This document shows, piece after piece, positions 36,960 to 48,429 of a DNA stretch of 64,000 nucleotides. Position numbers and translations under genes: made by a program. The notes under the pieces were generated by a model. That model searched no databases. It saw nothing but the letters and a program-made list of their open reading frames with translations, and was not told the origin of the DNA. Location: assembly GCA_964016885.1 (NCBI GenBank), contig OZ024756.1, positions 11,284,001 through 11,348,000 on the forward strand, in the 5' to 3' direction. The stretch is from Eledone cirrhosa (lineage: Eukaryota). Positions within the stretch are counted from its first letter, which is position 1; every line of letters begins with the position of its first letter.

Positions 36960-37312
36960 CACCGTGACTCGCTCATATAAGACTGTTTCTGGATGCTCTT
37001 CCTATCGCAAACCACATTTACAGTGTGGACTGGGTGCTTTTTGTCGTGACACCTACACAACCACTTTGCAGTGTGGGCTGGGTGCTTTTTGTCATGACAC
37101 CTACACAACCACTTCACAGTGTGGGCTGGGTGCTTTTTGTCATGACGCCTACACAACCACTTCACAGTGTGGGCTGGGTGCTTTTTGTCATGACCCCTAC
37201 ACAACCACTTCACAGTGTGGGCTGGGTGCTTTTTGTCATGACACCTACACAACCACTTCACAGTGTGAGCTGGGTACTTTTTGTCATGGCACCTACACAA
37301 CCACTTCACAGT
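36960..37312 (-). repeat. 48-bp tandem array (~6 copies) of the RTE/SINE UTR unit
   Basis: Unit CAGTGTGGGCTGGGTGCTTTTTGTCATGACACCTACACAACCACTTCA. Confidence 0.85.
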
Positions 37313-37842
37313 AACTTATAGCAATGAAGCCAATTGTATACCAAAACAATAACTTATAGCAATGAAGCCAATTGTATACCAAAACCATAACTTATAGCAA
37401 TGAAGCCAATTGTATACCAAAACAATAACTTATAGCAATGAAGCCAATTGTATACCAAAACCATAACTTATAGCAATGAAGCCAATGTATACCAAAACAA
37501 TAACTTATAGCAATGAAGCCAATGTATACCAAAACAATAACTTATAGCAATGAAGCCAATTGTATACCAAAACAATAACTTATAGCAATGAAGCCAATTG
37601 TATACCAAAACCATAACTTATAGCAATGAAGCCAATTGTATACCAAAACCATAACTTATAGCAATGAAGCCAATGTATACCAAAACAATAACTTATAGCA
37701 ATGAAGCCAATTGTATACCAAAACCATAACTTATAGCAATGAAGCCAATGTATACCAAAACCATAACTTATAGCAATGAAGCCAATGTATACCAAAACAA
37801 TAACTTATAGCAATGAAGCCAATTGTATACCAAAACAATAAC
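37313..37842. repeat. 37-38-bp minisatellite, ~14 copies
   Basis: Unit TAACTTATAGCAATGAAGCCAATTGTATACCAAAACAA; abuts a Meta-like SINE. Confidence 0.92.
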
Positions 37843-37979
37843 TGGTACTTTATTTTATCGACCCCCTAAGGATGAAAGGCAAAGTTAACCTCGGCGGGAT
37901 TTGAACTCAGATCATAAAGGGCCGTAACTCTTTGCTGCAAATCATGGCGTCCGACCCTCTACCGATACTGCCAGTCCAC
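37843..37979 (-). mobile_element. Meta-like SINE
   Basis: TGGTACTTTATTTTATCGACCCC...GGATTTGAACTC. Confidence 0.8.
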
Positions 37980-38429
37980 AATGATTATAATAATGAAGAT
38001 AATAGATATAAATTTCAGTAAAATGTGTAGTTCTCTACCTTTTCAAGAATAATATTTCTTTGAAAATATAATATTGTTTGCTGCCCCTCATAATAACTTT
38101 CATCTGTTTATGACAATACCTCCTTGTATTCTCTTTCCCAGTCTCCCCCATATATATTTTGTTGAGAGTATAATAAGTAGAAAAACTTAACTTTTACTCA
38201 TACAAAGTAAGTGTAGAATGTAAACAGTCGCTGGAAGGATTTTATATTGATGAAATTCCATAATCTTCATCCAATATTTCTAAAAGTTTTCTAAATCTCA
38301 CCAGAGAAAGTTAATCTTTATCAACTCTGAATCCTACTCAATATCTAAGCTTAATTCTGTTTTTAGAAAGTTGAAGCTTAATTTTCTGTGGTTTATTCTC
38401 AAAATATGTTTAGACTCAATCACTATCAT

Positions 38430-38464
38430 CAATAATAATAATAATAATAATTGTTTCTGTTTTA

Positions 38465-38496
<32 letters not shown>

Positions 38497-38546
38497 TGTT
38501 TCTGTTTTAGTAATAATAATAATAATAATAATGATTTTTTGTTTTA

Positions 38547-38581
<35 letters not shown>

Positions 38582-38594
38582 TGTTTCTGTTTTA

Positions 38595-38632
<38 letters not shown>

Positions 38633-38709
38633 TGTTTCTGTTTTAGTAATAATAATAATAATAATAATAATAATTGTTTCTGTTTTAGTAATAATAATAA
38701 TAATAATAA
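38430..38709. repeat. Compound repeat TTGTTTCTGTTTTAG(TAA)n
   Basis: About 6 units; resumes at 39140-39205. Confidence 0.9.
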
Positions 38710-38711
38710 GA

Positions 38712-39165
38712 CGGACAAGAAACTGGAACACAATAGACCTGACCTGGTGGTTGTGGACAAAGAAAAAAGATTGTGCCTGATTGTGGATGTGGCCTGCCCA
38801 TTCAACACGAGAGTGCAAGAGAAGGAGAGGGAGAAAATTAACCAATACCAGGACTTAAAGTGGGAGGTAAAAAGGATTTGGAACTACCATGAAGTCAAAG
38901 TGGTCCCGATTGTCATAGGCGCACTGGGGACTATCTCAAAAAGTTTCCAGGGATGGTTAAAGAAAATTGGCCCTTTCACGCTTTTTGGAACGCTTCAAAA
39001 AGCATGCTTGTGGGAACAGCAAGAACCCTCTGATACGTCCTGAATATCTGAGGCTGCAGGTAGTGGCTTGATATTCATTTCAACAAACTTTCCAGTTAAC
39101 TAACATCAATGACTGAGACTCAAAGAGGAATATTAATAGTAATAATAATAATAATAATAATAATT
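38712..39165 (+). mobile_element. R4/Dong-like RLE 3' fragment, second copy
   Basis: Near-identical to 3452-3902; (TAA)n on both sides. Confidence 0.82.
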
Positions 39166-39202
39166 GTTTCTGTTTTAGTAATAATAATAATAATAATAAT
39201 AA

Positions 39203-39392
39203 TTGTTTCTACTTTTTTGGCACAAGGCCAGCAATTACCCAGTGTATTACTGGTACTTTATTTTATCGACCCCGTAAGGATGAAAGGCAAAGTTAACCTC
39301 GGCGGGATTTGAACTCAGAATGGCAAGGGCCGTAACTCAATGTGTCAAAGCATGGCGTCCGACCCTCTACCGATACTGCCAATCCACCACCT
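39203..39392 (-). mobile_element. Meta-like SINE
   Basis: Matches family; a 5'-truncated plus-strand copy follows at 39503-39632. Confidence 0.82.
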
Positions 39393-39834
39393 CTAGTATC
39401 AATTAATATTGTGTATGTTTAGTTGGTCGGAGGTTGTTTCAGCTTCTTTCCTTCTCCAGACTGTCAACTTCTTACTTTCGTATTATCATTATTATATCTT
39501 AGAGCCCTGCCATTCTGAGTTCAAATCCCGCCGTGGTTAACTTTGCTTTTCATCCTTACGGGGTCGATAAAATAAAGTACCAGTAATGCACTGAGGTAAT
39601 TGTTGGCCTTGTGCCAAAAGTAGAAACAATTATTATATCTTGGTTGGCACATTCTTCATCAGGTGAAAACCCTTGACATTCCCAACCTTCTGTCAATGGG
39701 GTTTCTCACCTGAGTAGTAGCTGATCAGGTGACTAGCCCCAATATTTTCTTGCAGTTAGGGCTGCAAATGATTAACACCATTTCTATGACAGAACTTCAG
39801 AGACATTCTTCCTAATTCCACATATATTCCCTCA

Positions 39835-40330
39835 GGTCTCGAATAACCGTCCCCACCACCTCACATCACGAATAATCGTCCCCCACCACCTCCAGTCTCG
39901 AATAATCGTCCCCGCCACCTCACATCTCGAATAATCGTCCCCACCACCTCCGGTATCGAATAATCGTCCCCGCCACCTCACATCTCGAATAACCGTCCCC
40001 ACCACCTCCGGTCTCGAATAACCGTCCCCACCCCCTCTGGTCTCGAATAACCGTCCCCACCCCCTCCGGTCCCCAATAACCGTCCCCATCACCTCCGGTC
40101 TCCAATAATCGTCCCCACCCCCTCCAGTTTCCAATAACCGTCCCCACCCCCTCCGGTCGCCAATAATCGTCCCCACCATCTCACATCTCGAATAATCGTC
40201 CCCCACCACCTCCGGTCTCGAATAACCGTCCCCCACCACCTCCGGTCTCCAATAACCGTCCCCACCCCCTCCGGTCTCCAATAACCGTCCCCACCCCCTC
40301 CGGTCTCCAATAATCGTCCCCCACCACCTC
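39835..40330. repeat. ~29-30-bp minisatellite
   Basis: Unit GTCTCGAATAACCGTCCCCACCACCTCCG. Confidence 0.9.
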
Positions 40331-40548
40331 GATTCATCATCATCATTTTACTGCAATAATTAATTTTCTTTATGCATTAAAAAGCATTACACATAAAAGA
40401 AAAAGAACATTACAAAATAACATTTATGTTATAAAATAAATAGGATGAGTTGGTGTCCCAATATGTAAACTAAACGTCTAATTCTGGTTTTTGAAAAATC
40501 AATGGAGACAATCTAGAAAAAGCTTGCTTCATTTATCCCCCATATACA

Positions 40549-41482
40549 CATGTCCTCTGCAGCCACAGCTCATGTTTCATTACCATGTAGCACCACATGA
40601 CCTCTGCTGTCACAACCCATGTTTCACTACCATGTAGCACCACATGACCTCTGCTGTCACAGCCCATGTTTCACTACCATGTAGCACCACATGTCCTCTG
40701 CTGTCACAGCCCATGTTTCACTACCATGTAGCACCACATGTCCTCTGCAGCCACAGTCCATGTTTCACTAACATGTAGCACCACATGTCCTCTGCAGCCA
40801 CAGCCCATGTTTCACTAACATGTAGCACCACATGACCTCTGCTGTCACAGCCCATGTTTCACTACCATGTAGCACCACATGACCTCTGCTGTCACAGCCC
40901 ATGTTTCACTACCATGTAGCACCACATGACCTCTGTAGTCACTGCCCATGTTTCACTACCATGTAGCACCACATGTCCTCTGCTGTCACAGCCCATGTTT
41001 CACTACCATGTAGCACCACATGACCTCTGCAGTCACTGCCCATGTTTCACTACCATGTAGCACCACATGTCCTCTGCAGCCACAGCCCATGTTTCACTAC
41101 CATGTAGCACCACATGTCCTCTGCAGTCACAGCCCATGTTTCACTAACATGTAGCACCACATGACCTCTGCTGTCACAGCCCATGTTTCACTACCATGTA
41201 GCACCACATGACCTCTGCTGTCACAGCCCATGTTTCACTACCATGTAGCACCACATGACCTCTGCTGCCACAGCCCATGTTTCACTACTATGTAGCACCA
41301 CATGACCTCTGCAGTCACAGCCCATGTTTCACTACCATGTAGCACCACATGACCTCTGCTGTCACAGCCCATGTTTCACTAACATGTAGCACCACATGAC
41401 CTCTGCTGTCACAGCCCATGTTTCACTACCATGTAGCACCACATGACCTCTGCAGTCACTGCCCATGTTTCACTACCATGTA
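40549..41482 (-). repeat. 47-bp satellite (~20 copies) derived from RTE coding sequence
   Basis: The unit on minus encodes VLHGSETWAVTAEDM; contiguous with an RTE fragment at 41483-41600. Confidence 0.88.
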
Positions 41483-41993
41483 ACATCACACTTCACACTC
41501 AAGAGTCATACAGCCATCCTTTTGTACGTAGGAAGAAACGTTTTGTCATCAACAATGAGCGTAGCTCTCTAAACTTCTTCCATCCTATCCTTATCACCAT
41601 TTTACATCTATTTGCCATGCTTGCATATGTGTTAAACAGATTGTATCTATTGGTGGCTAAACTGGTCACGTGACAATGTCTTGCTCATACATTCCTTTTT
41701 CAGATTGGTTTCTGTGGCTAGATATTTTTCTTAACACCAACCACTTTACACTATGTACTGTACTGTACTAGACACCAACCACTTTACACTATGTACTGTA
41801 CTGTACTGTACTAGACACCAACCACTCTACACCGAGTGTTGGAAGCATTTTATTCTAATTCTAGCACTGCTTAGTTACAGGGTAGACAGGGAGCTTTTTA
41901 AGGTGGCACCAACTCTACCACTTTACACACACACACACATATAAGCATACAATTTACAAAAATAAATACACAAATATAGGATTATATATACAC

Positions 41994-42028
<35 letters not shown>

Positions 42029-42140
42029 GGAGGTGAGTTTTATTGTAGTACAATAAAGCAATGCAGATATCGGATAAGAAGCACTCTACAGTTTGTAGGA
42101 CTGGAGTATACATAATATATAAGATCAAAATATATAAGAT

Positions 42141-42267
<127 letters not shown>

Positions 42268-42288
42268 GTATATATATATATGTATATA

Positions 42289-42321
<33 letters not shown>

Positions 42322-42336
42322 ATATATATGTATATA

Positions 42337-42368
<32 letters not shown>

Positions 42369-42516
42369 GATTTTGAGTTTATGTTGGTTGTATACCAACA
42401 CCTCAGTATGCAGGCTGGAGCACTCGACGAAGTGCGCAAGTTGGTTTGGTTACTCCGGAGTAGTGTAAAATAAAGTTAAATAAAAGTCAAATGATTAAAA
42501 TTTAGCTTCGTTTATT

Positions 42517-42571
42517 ACTGCTATATATATTTCAGTGACAGCCATCTTTGGCTGTGACCTCTTCAGGCAGT
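42517..42571 (-). ncRNA. Minimal hammerhead ribozyme (PLE 3' region)
   Basis: Reverse complement of 46774-46828. Confidence 0.8.
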
Positions 42572-43757
42572 TTGAATTAGTATGGTATAGACAAGTACAT
42601 ATGTTGTTTAGGTGTATGATATTGTCAATACTCTGATATGCCCAGTTCCTTGTTGGGTTGTTAATTCACTGGGGAACTGGAGTCATATGAATTCAAACAA
42701 ACGAATTTTAGTGTCACAGGTCCCCTTCTCCTCTCATTGGTCAGTTATTAGTGTTGTCATTGTTGGAGTTAGCTTAAAAATTGATAAAATGGTAGAAGGG
42801 ACAAGGTGTTGAAGGAACAAAATATCAAAAAATGTGTCAAACTTCCCATTGTTCAGTTCTGAGAGCATTTCTCAGTCAGAAGTCTATAGAATTCTTTCTG
42901 GGGTGAGGCTCCCTGTAGTGTTTATGCCTGCTATTGTTCAGTACATTTGACCTCCACCATTATTTTGGTACTGTTGTTGTTGTAGTGGTCAGCTTATATC
43001 TTGCTGCTGCTAACAATTTAGAAGTATTCAGTTTGTGTTTTCTCTTCATCCCACCCGCCACCATCGTAGTGGTGGCGGGGGGGGGGGTTATTTCATGTAT
43101 ATGAAGAAATATAAGGCAATAAATGAAGAAAACAGAAGATAAATAAATAATATAATAAAATAAAATAATTAATATAATTTGTGTAATTTGAAAATAAATA
43201 AATAAATAGAGAATAAAGAATAAAGTAAATGAGAGATTGGTGAAAAAGTAATGATAATGTATATGGAGAAGTGAGAAATAATGTAGGATAAAGTGTGTGT
43301 GTGTGTGTGCTATAACCAATCTCAAGGTCAGAATATGTTGGATAGATTGGTATGATACAAGATGTTAAGATGAGATATTCAATGTGTTTGTGTTATAATC
43401 TATCTCAACTTAAAATAAATATAAATATAAGGTTATACAGTGAAGAGGGCAGAAAACAAATAACAAATTAATATAGAGAAATCAAGATTTAAGATTGGAA
43501 CTTTAAAGTCAGAAATCTGGTAAATTAAAAGTGTTTGTGTTATAGATGTTGGCCAGATTATTATGGCTGTGTCCGATTCTGTCTCTAGGCTATCATGGTG
43601 TCTGCTCCGCCTGGGTTGTTCCCTATGGCTTGAGGGGAGTTCACAACCTAGGGTGTTGTAATTGTCCATATAGCTTGAGGGAGGTCTGGCCGAGAGGTGT
43701 TTTCATGTTCTGTAGAAGTCCCTATAGCTTGAGGGGAGTTCACATCTTCTTGTGTTG

Positions 43758-45796
43758 CTACTGTCCATATATTTGGAGAAAGGTCCCGGCTCTAAGGTGT
43801 CTGCATGTCCCGAAGAAGTCGGTTCTGAGGTTTATCAGGCCGCTTCCACCTCTTAGTATCTCGAGGGTCTCGTTCAGGCATAGTTTGCATATGCAAGATC
43901 CCCCTTTATCGGGTGGTACTTTCCTGATTATGTACCAGGCCAGAGAGTATGGGGTCCTGTCCAGCTTAAGCTTCCAGATCAGGTCGGAGAGAGCTGTGCT
44001 TTTCCTTTTGGCCTCCTTCTTGAATGAATGGCGATGGTTGTACCAGCGGTCCTTAAAGCTCGTTGATGTGGCTCCTATGTAGAGGTGTTCGGAGTTGGGG
44101 GTTTTAACCCTACAACCGTACACTATGTTCTTCTTGAGACATTCATTAGCAAGGGGGCATGATTCGGGGTTTCTACAGTTGCAGAGGGTGGGCGGCCTCT
44201 GCGTACTTAGATTAGGGTTCTCATTATGTGTTACATGTTGGTCTTCCCCCATGCTCGGTGGGGGGTCCTTGGGTCTGTTTGTGTTTCTTGGGTGGGCTCT
44301 GGGTCCCCCCTTCCCTCCTTTCACATGGTTCTGCTGAGTGTTTGTATTGCCATCTTCTGGTTGTGTGTGGTTTTTAAGCCTACTTCTGTTGATGCTAGCT
44401 ATGTGTTGGGCCAAATTTCTCGTGGTGGAATACGAAAGCTTCACAGTGTGTCTGTTGAAGATCCTGTGGTATCTGTGGTCCCTTGGGAAGCATTTGTCAA
44501 GTGCTCCAAAGAACAATCGGGCCAAGCTTTTCTTTAGGGCCGCTGAGTAGGGTGGGTTGTACCACGTGATTTGTCGGTGTCTCCTCCTATATGTGTGGGT
44601 TGGGGGCTTCGTGATTTGTTGGAGATTTGTTGGTTTGCTGGTGGTTTCCGCACTGTTGCTTCCCTTTTGGGCTCTATACTTTCTGTTATCTTCACGGCCC
44701 GGATTTGTGGGGTGGTTGTTGTCTGCCCCGGGAGATCCATCGTGGGGTGGTCGCCCGTTTCCTCCCCCCCCCACGTGTCCTGCGGTTGGGGTTGTCCGTC
44801 CTGGGGTAGTTAGCATCACGCCTGAGACTGCTACTCATATTGTGCTCCATCTCGTGGTCAAGCGCACTAGTCCCCACCGCCCGTGTGGTGGTGTCTGGTA
44901 CATGGTGCCTATTTGATTTTGCTCTGCCTGTATTGTTAGGGTTCGCCCTCCCCCCTCTGGTAACGCGGTTGTGGGTGTCTGTTGGGCTATCCACCTCCCG
45001 GCTTTTCGGACTATATGTTATATTTTGTCCATGTGCCACCTTCTTTAGAGCTGCGTTGTAATATTCCGCGTGGTTGTTGAATATTTCCTTACTTGCGGAC
45101 AGGCTGGAGATCCTGTCCGAGACACTCTTCACCACTGCCTTGGTTATGGATCTAGGGTGGTTTGATTTGGCGTTAACATATACTAGTTTCTCGTTGGGCT
45201 TGTGGTAGGGGTAGTATTGCTCGGTGTTCAGGTTTAGGGTGGTGTCTAGGAAGTTAACTACCTTCCTATTTGGGTCTATTTCTATGCTGAGCCCCTGGTT
45301 CTTAAAGAAATGGCGAATACGCCTCCTCATACCCTCCAACATATTGGTGCTGTGGTCATGTACTGTGAATAGAGCATCGTCACGATATAATCCGCCGCCC
45401 AGGCAGGGGATTTCATCTTTTATCTGCTTCAGCAGGTAGAGCCCAACCAGGTCCGTTACCTGCGCTGAGTCGCTGGAGCCCATCGTGATGTCAAAGTTAT
45501 TTGGCCAATCACTCCTGGTCCACAGGTCTCCATCGAAGCGGATTAAGGTCTTTCTTGCGGCGTGGATGATGCTCACCTCCTCTCGGGTTAGGTCCGTATT
45601 GGACATCGCTAAAAATAGGGCCTTATTAAGTACTATGTGTGAGATTGAGGAGTAGTAGCTTGCGATGTCCAGTTGTATAAAGCTGGTCCTACTTTTCTCC
45701 TGCAGTATTTTGAACCATTCTATTACTTCTCTCGTGCATGACCATTGCTGTAATTTGGTTTTTTTCCGAAGCTTGGGCAAAATCCTATCCAGGTCA
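43758..45796 (-). pseudogene. PLE ORF: RT + C-terminal GIY-YIG endonuclease; one frameshift near 44820
   Basis: LDIASYYSSI, ITMGSSDS, LYRDD, FLD, WYNPPY, CNCR....CPL...CL, IVY..V...YIGAT...FKDR..NH, CKLCLNE, CRH. Confidence 0.88.
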
Positions 45797-46773
45797 TTTT
45801 ACCGTTGGTCAGTCAATGGTAAACATTGAGGACCGAATGAATTAACTGTGGAGATATAAAAGATACAGAAGCGAAAACCAACCAAACAGTGAGTGTGTTC
45901 TGTTATTATTTCTGGCAATATTATTACAACAATATGACCCTAACACAAACACATTGAATATCTCATCTTAACATCTTGTATCATACCAATCTATCCAACA
46001 TATTCTGACCTTGAGATTGGTTATAGCACACACACACACACACTTTATCCTACATTATTTCTCACTTCTCCATATACATTATCATTACTTTTTCACCAAT
46101 CTCTCATTTACTCTTTATTCTTTATTCTCTATTTATTTATTTATTTTCAAATTACACAAATTATATTAATTATTTTATTTTATTATATTATTTATTTATC
46201 TTCTGTTTTCTTCATTTATTGCCTTATATTTCTTCATATACATGAAATAACCCCCCCCCCCCCCCGCCACCACCACTACGATGGTGGCGGGTGGGATGAA
46301 GAGAAAACACAAACTGAATACTTCTAAATTGTTAGCAGCAGCAAGATATAAGCTGACCACTACAACAACAACAGTACCAAAATAATGGTGGAGGTCAAAT
46401 GTACTGAACAATAGCAGGCATAAACACTACAGGGAGCCTCACCCCAGAAAGAATTCTATAGACTTCTGACTGAGAAATGCTCTCAGAACTGAACAATGGG
46501 AAGTTTGACACATTTTTTGATATTTTGTTCCTTCAACACCTTGTCCCTTCTACCATTTTATCAATTTTTAAGCTAACTCCAACAATGACAACACTAATAA
46601 CTGACCAATGAGAGGAGAAGGGGACCTGGGACACTAAAATTCGTTTGTTTGAATTCATATGACTCCAGTTCCCCAGTGAATTAACAACCCAACAAGGAAC
46701 TGGGCATATCAGAGTATTGACAATATCATACACCTAAACAACATATGTACTTGTCTATACCATACTAATTCAA

Positions 46774-46828
46774 ACTGCCTGAAGAGGTCACAGCCAAAGA
46801 TGGCTGTCACTGAAATATATATAGCAGT
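46774..46828 (+). ncRNA. Minimal type I hammerhead ribozyme
   Basis: ACTGC-CTGAAGA-G-GTCACAGCCA-AAGA-TGGCTGTCAC-T-GAAA-TATATA-TA-GCAGT: intact core, 5-bp stem I, palindromic stem III. Confidence 0.8.
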
Positions 46829-46887
46829 AATAAACGAAGCTAAATTTTAATCATTTGACTTTTATTTAACTTTATTTTATGTATATA

Positions 46888-46920
<33 letters not shown>

Positions 46921-46934
46921 ATATATATATATAT

Positions 46935-47237
46935 ATTGTTATACTTGGGGAGGGTCATATTGTTGTAATAATATTGCCAGAAATAATAACAGAACACACT
47001 CACTGTTTGGTTGGTTTTCGCTTCTGTATCTTTTATATCTCCACAGTTAATTCATTCGGTCCTCAATGTTTACCATTGACTGACCAACGGTAAAAAATAC
47101 AGATATAATATAGATATAAACACATATATATAGTCTAACAAAGTTCTTTTGTTGCACATCTGCAGCATCATCAGTGGTACTATTATGTTTGTCCTGTTGT
47201 ATTGTATGTCTATGCCATCTTTTCAAAAACCTCGCAA

Positions 47238-47245
<8 letters not shown>
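46935..47245. mobile_element. PLE-like terminal-repeat element with decayed hammerhead
   Basis: Homologous to 25278-25640; minus CTGATGA-TGCTGCA-GATG-TGCAAC-AAAA at 47131-47182. Confidence 0.5.
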
Positions 47246-47268
<23 letters not shown>

Positions 47269-47616
47269 CATCATCATCATCTTCGTTTAACGTCCGTTTT
47301 CCACACTAGCATGGGTTAGACGGGAGTTGCCCCACTTGAGGCAAGGCTGGTCGGGTGACCATGTCTCGCTCATATAGGACTATCTGGCAGGTTTTCTACG
47401 GCTGGATGCCCTTCCTAACACCAACCACATTTACAGTGTGATATATATATATATATATAACAAATAGGGGCCATTCTAATGACATGGCTGTAAAGAGGCT
47501 GTTTGCATAATTGAAAACGAATCGAATATTATTATTAATATTCGAAAAACTCAGATTACATTTATTGTATTCAGCCATGTAGAGTGATAACTAGTTGTTA
47601 TATATATATATAAATA

Positions 47617-47839
<223 letters not shown>

Positions 47840-47852
47840 TTAGAGAATTGGA

Positions 47853-48178
47853 TGGAGGCACATGGCTTAGTGGTTAGAGCATTGGGCTTGCAATCGAAAG
47901 GTTGTGAGTTCAATTCTCAGACCGGGTGATGTGTTGTTTCCTTGAGCAAGACACTTTATTTCACATTGCTCCAGTTTACTCAGCTGTAGAAATGAGATGA
48001 TAGGACTGGGGTCCCTATCATTCCACTGTAAAGTGGTCATGGAGGTGCCACGGCAAAAAAGCACCCAGCACTCACTGTAAATGAGGTTGGTGTAGAAATC
48101 AAGCCAGAATCAGTTCCCGTCCCACTCTTGCAGGCAGGGAAAAACCGGACGTAAAATGAAATGATGATGAATGATGAT
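47853..48178 (+). mobile_element. tRNA/CORE-like SINE with RTE tail
   Basis: A and B boxes, CCTTGAGCAAGACACTT core, RTE-type tail, (GAT)n. Confidence 0.88.
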
Positions 48179-48429
48179 ATATATATATATAAATATGTGT
48201 GTATATATATATATATATAAATATGTGTATATATATGCATATATAAATAATTATATATATATATATCTAGGGATTGTAACATCCAGTAGGTTCACTAGAG
48301 TGAACACTCGATGTTCTGAGCTCAAATATATATGTGTGTGTGTGTGTATATATATAGTAATAGTAATAAATAGATGATAGTTACTTTAGATCATCTCTAA
48401 TTATTTTATTATACATATTTCAAAGCTTG

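Larger units (their letters stand above)
42365..46879 (-). mobile_element. Penelope-like element (Naiad-like), 5'-truncated, with inverted 3' arm
   Basis: RT and GIY-YIG on minus; 42466-43395 is inverted at 45941-46879; (TA)n on both flanks. Confidence 0.88.

Noticed and set aside
37313-37842. CRISPR-like array (also 40549-41482 and 55410-55905)
   Set aside because: Contiguous tandem units without unique spacers, no cas genes, eukaryotic context
42612-42812. Duplicated 66-aa ORF (also 46533-46733)
   Set aside because: Antisense to the PLE UTR and duplicated only because of the inverted arm; no recognisable motif
43758-45796. Selenocysteine recoding as reported for some Naiad PLEs
   Set aside because: The conserved Cys positions seen are ordinary Cys codons; no in-frame TGA needs explaining
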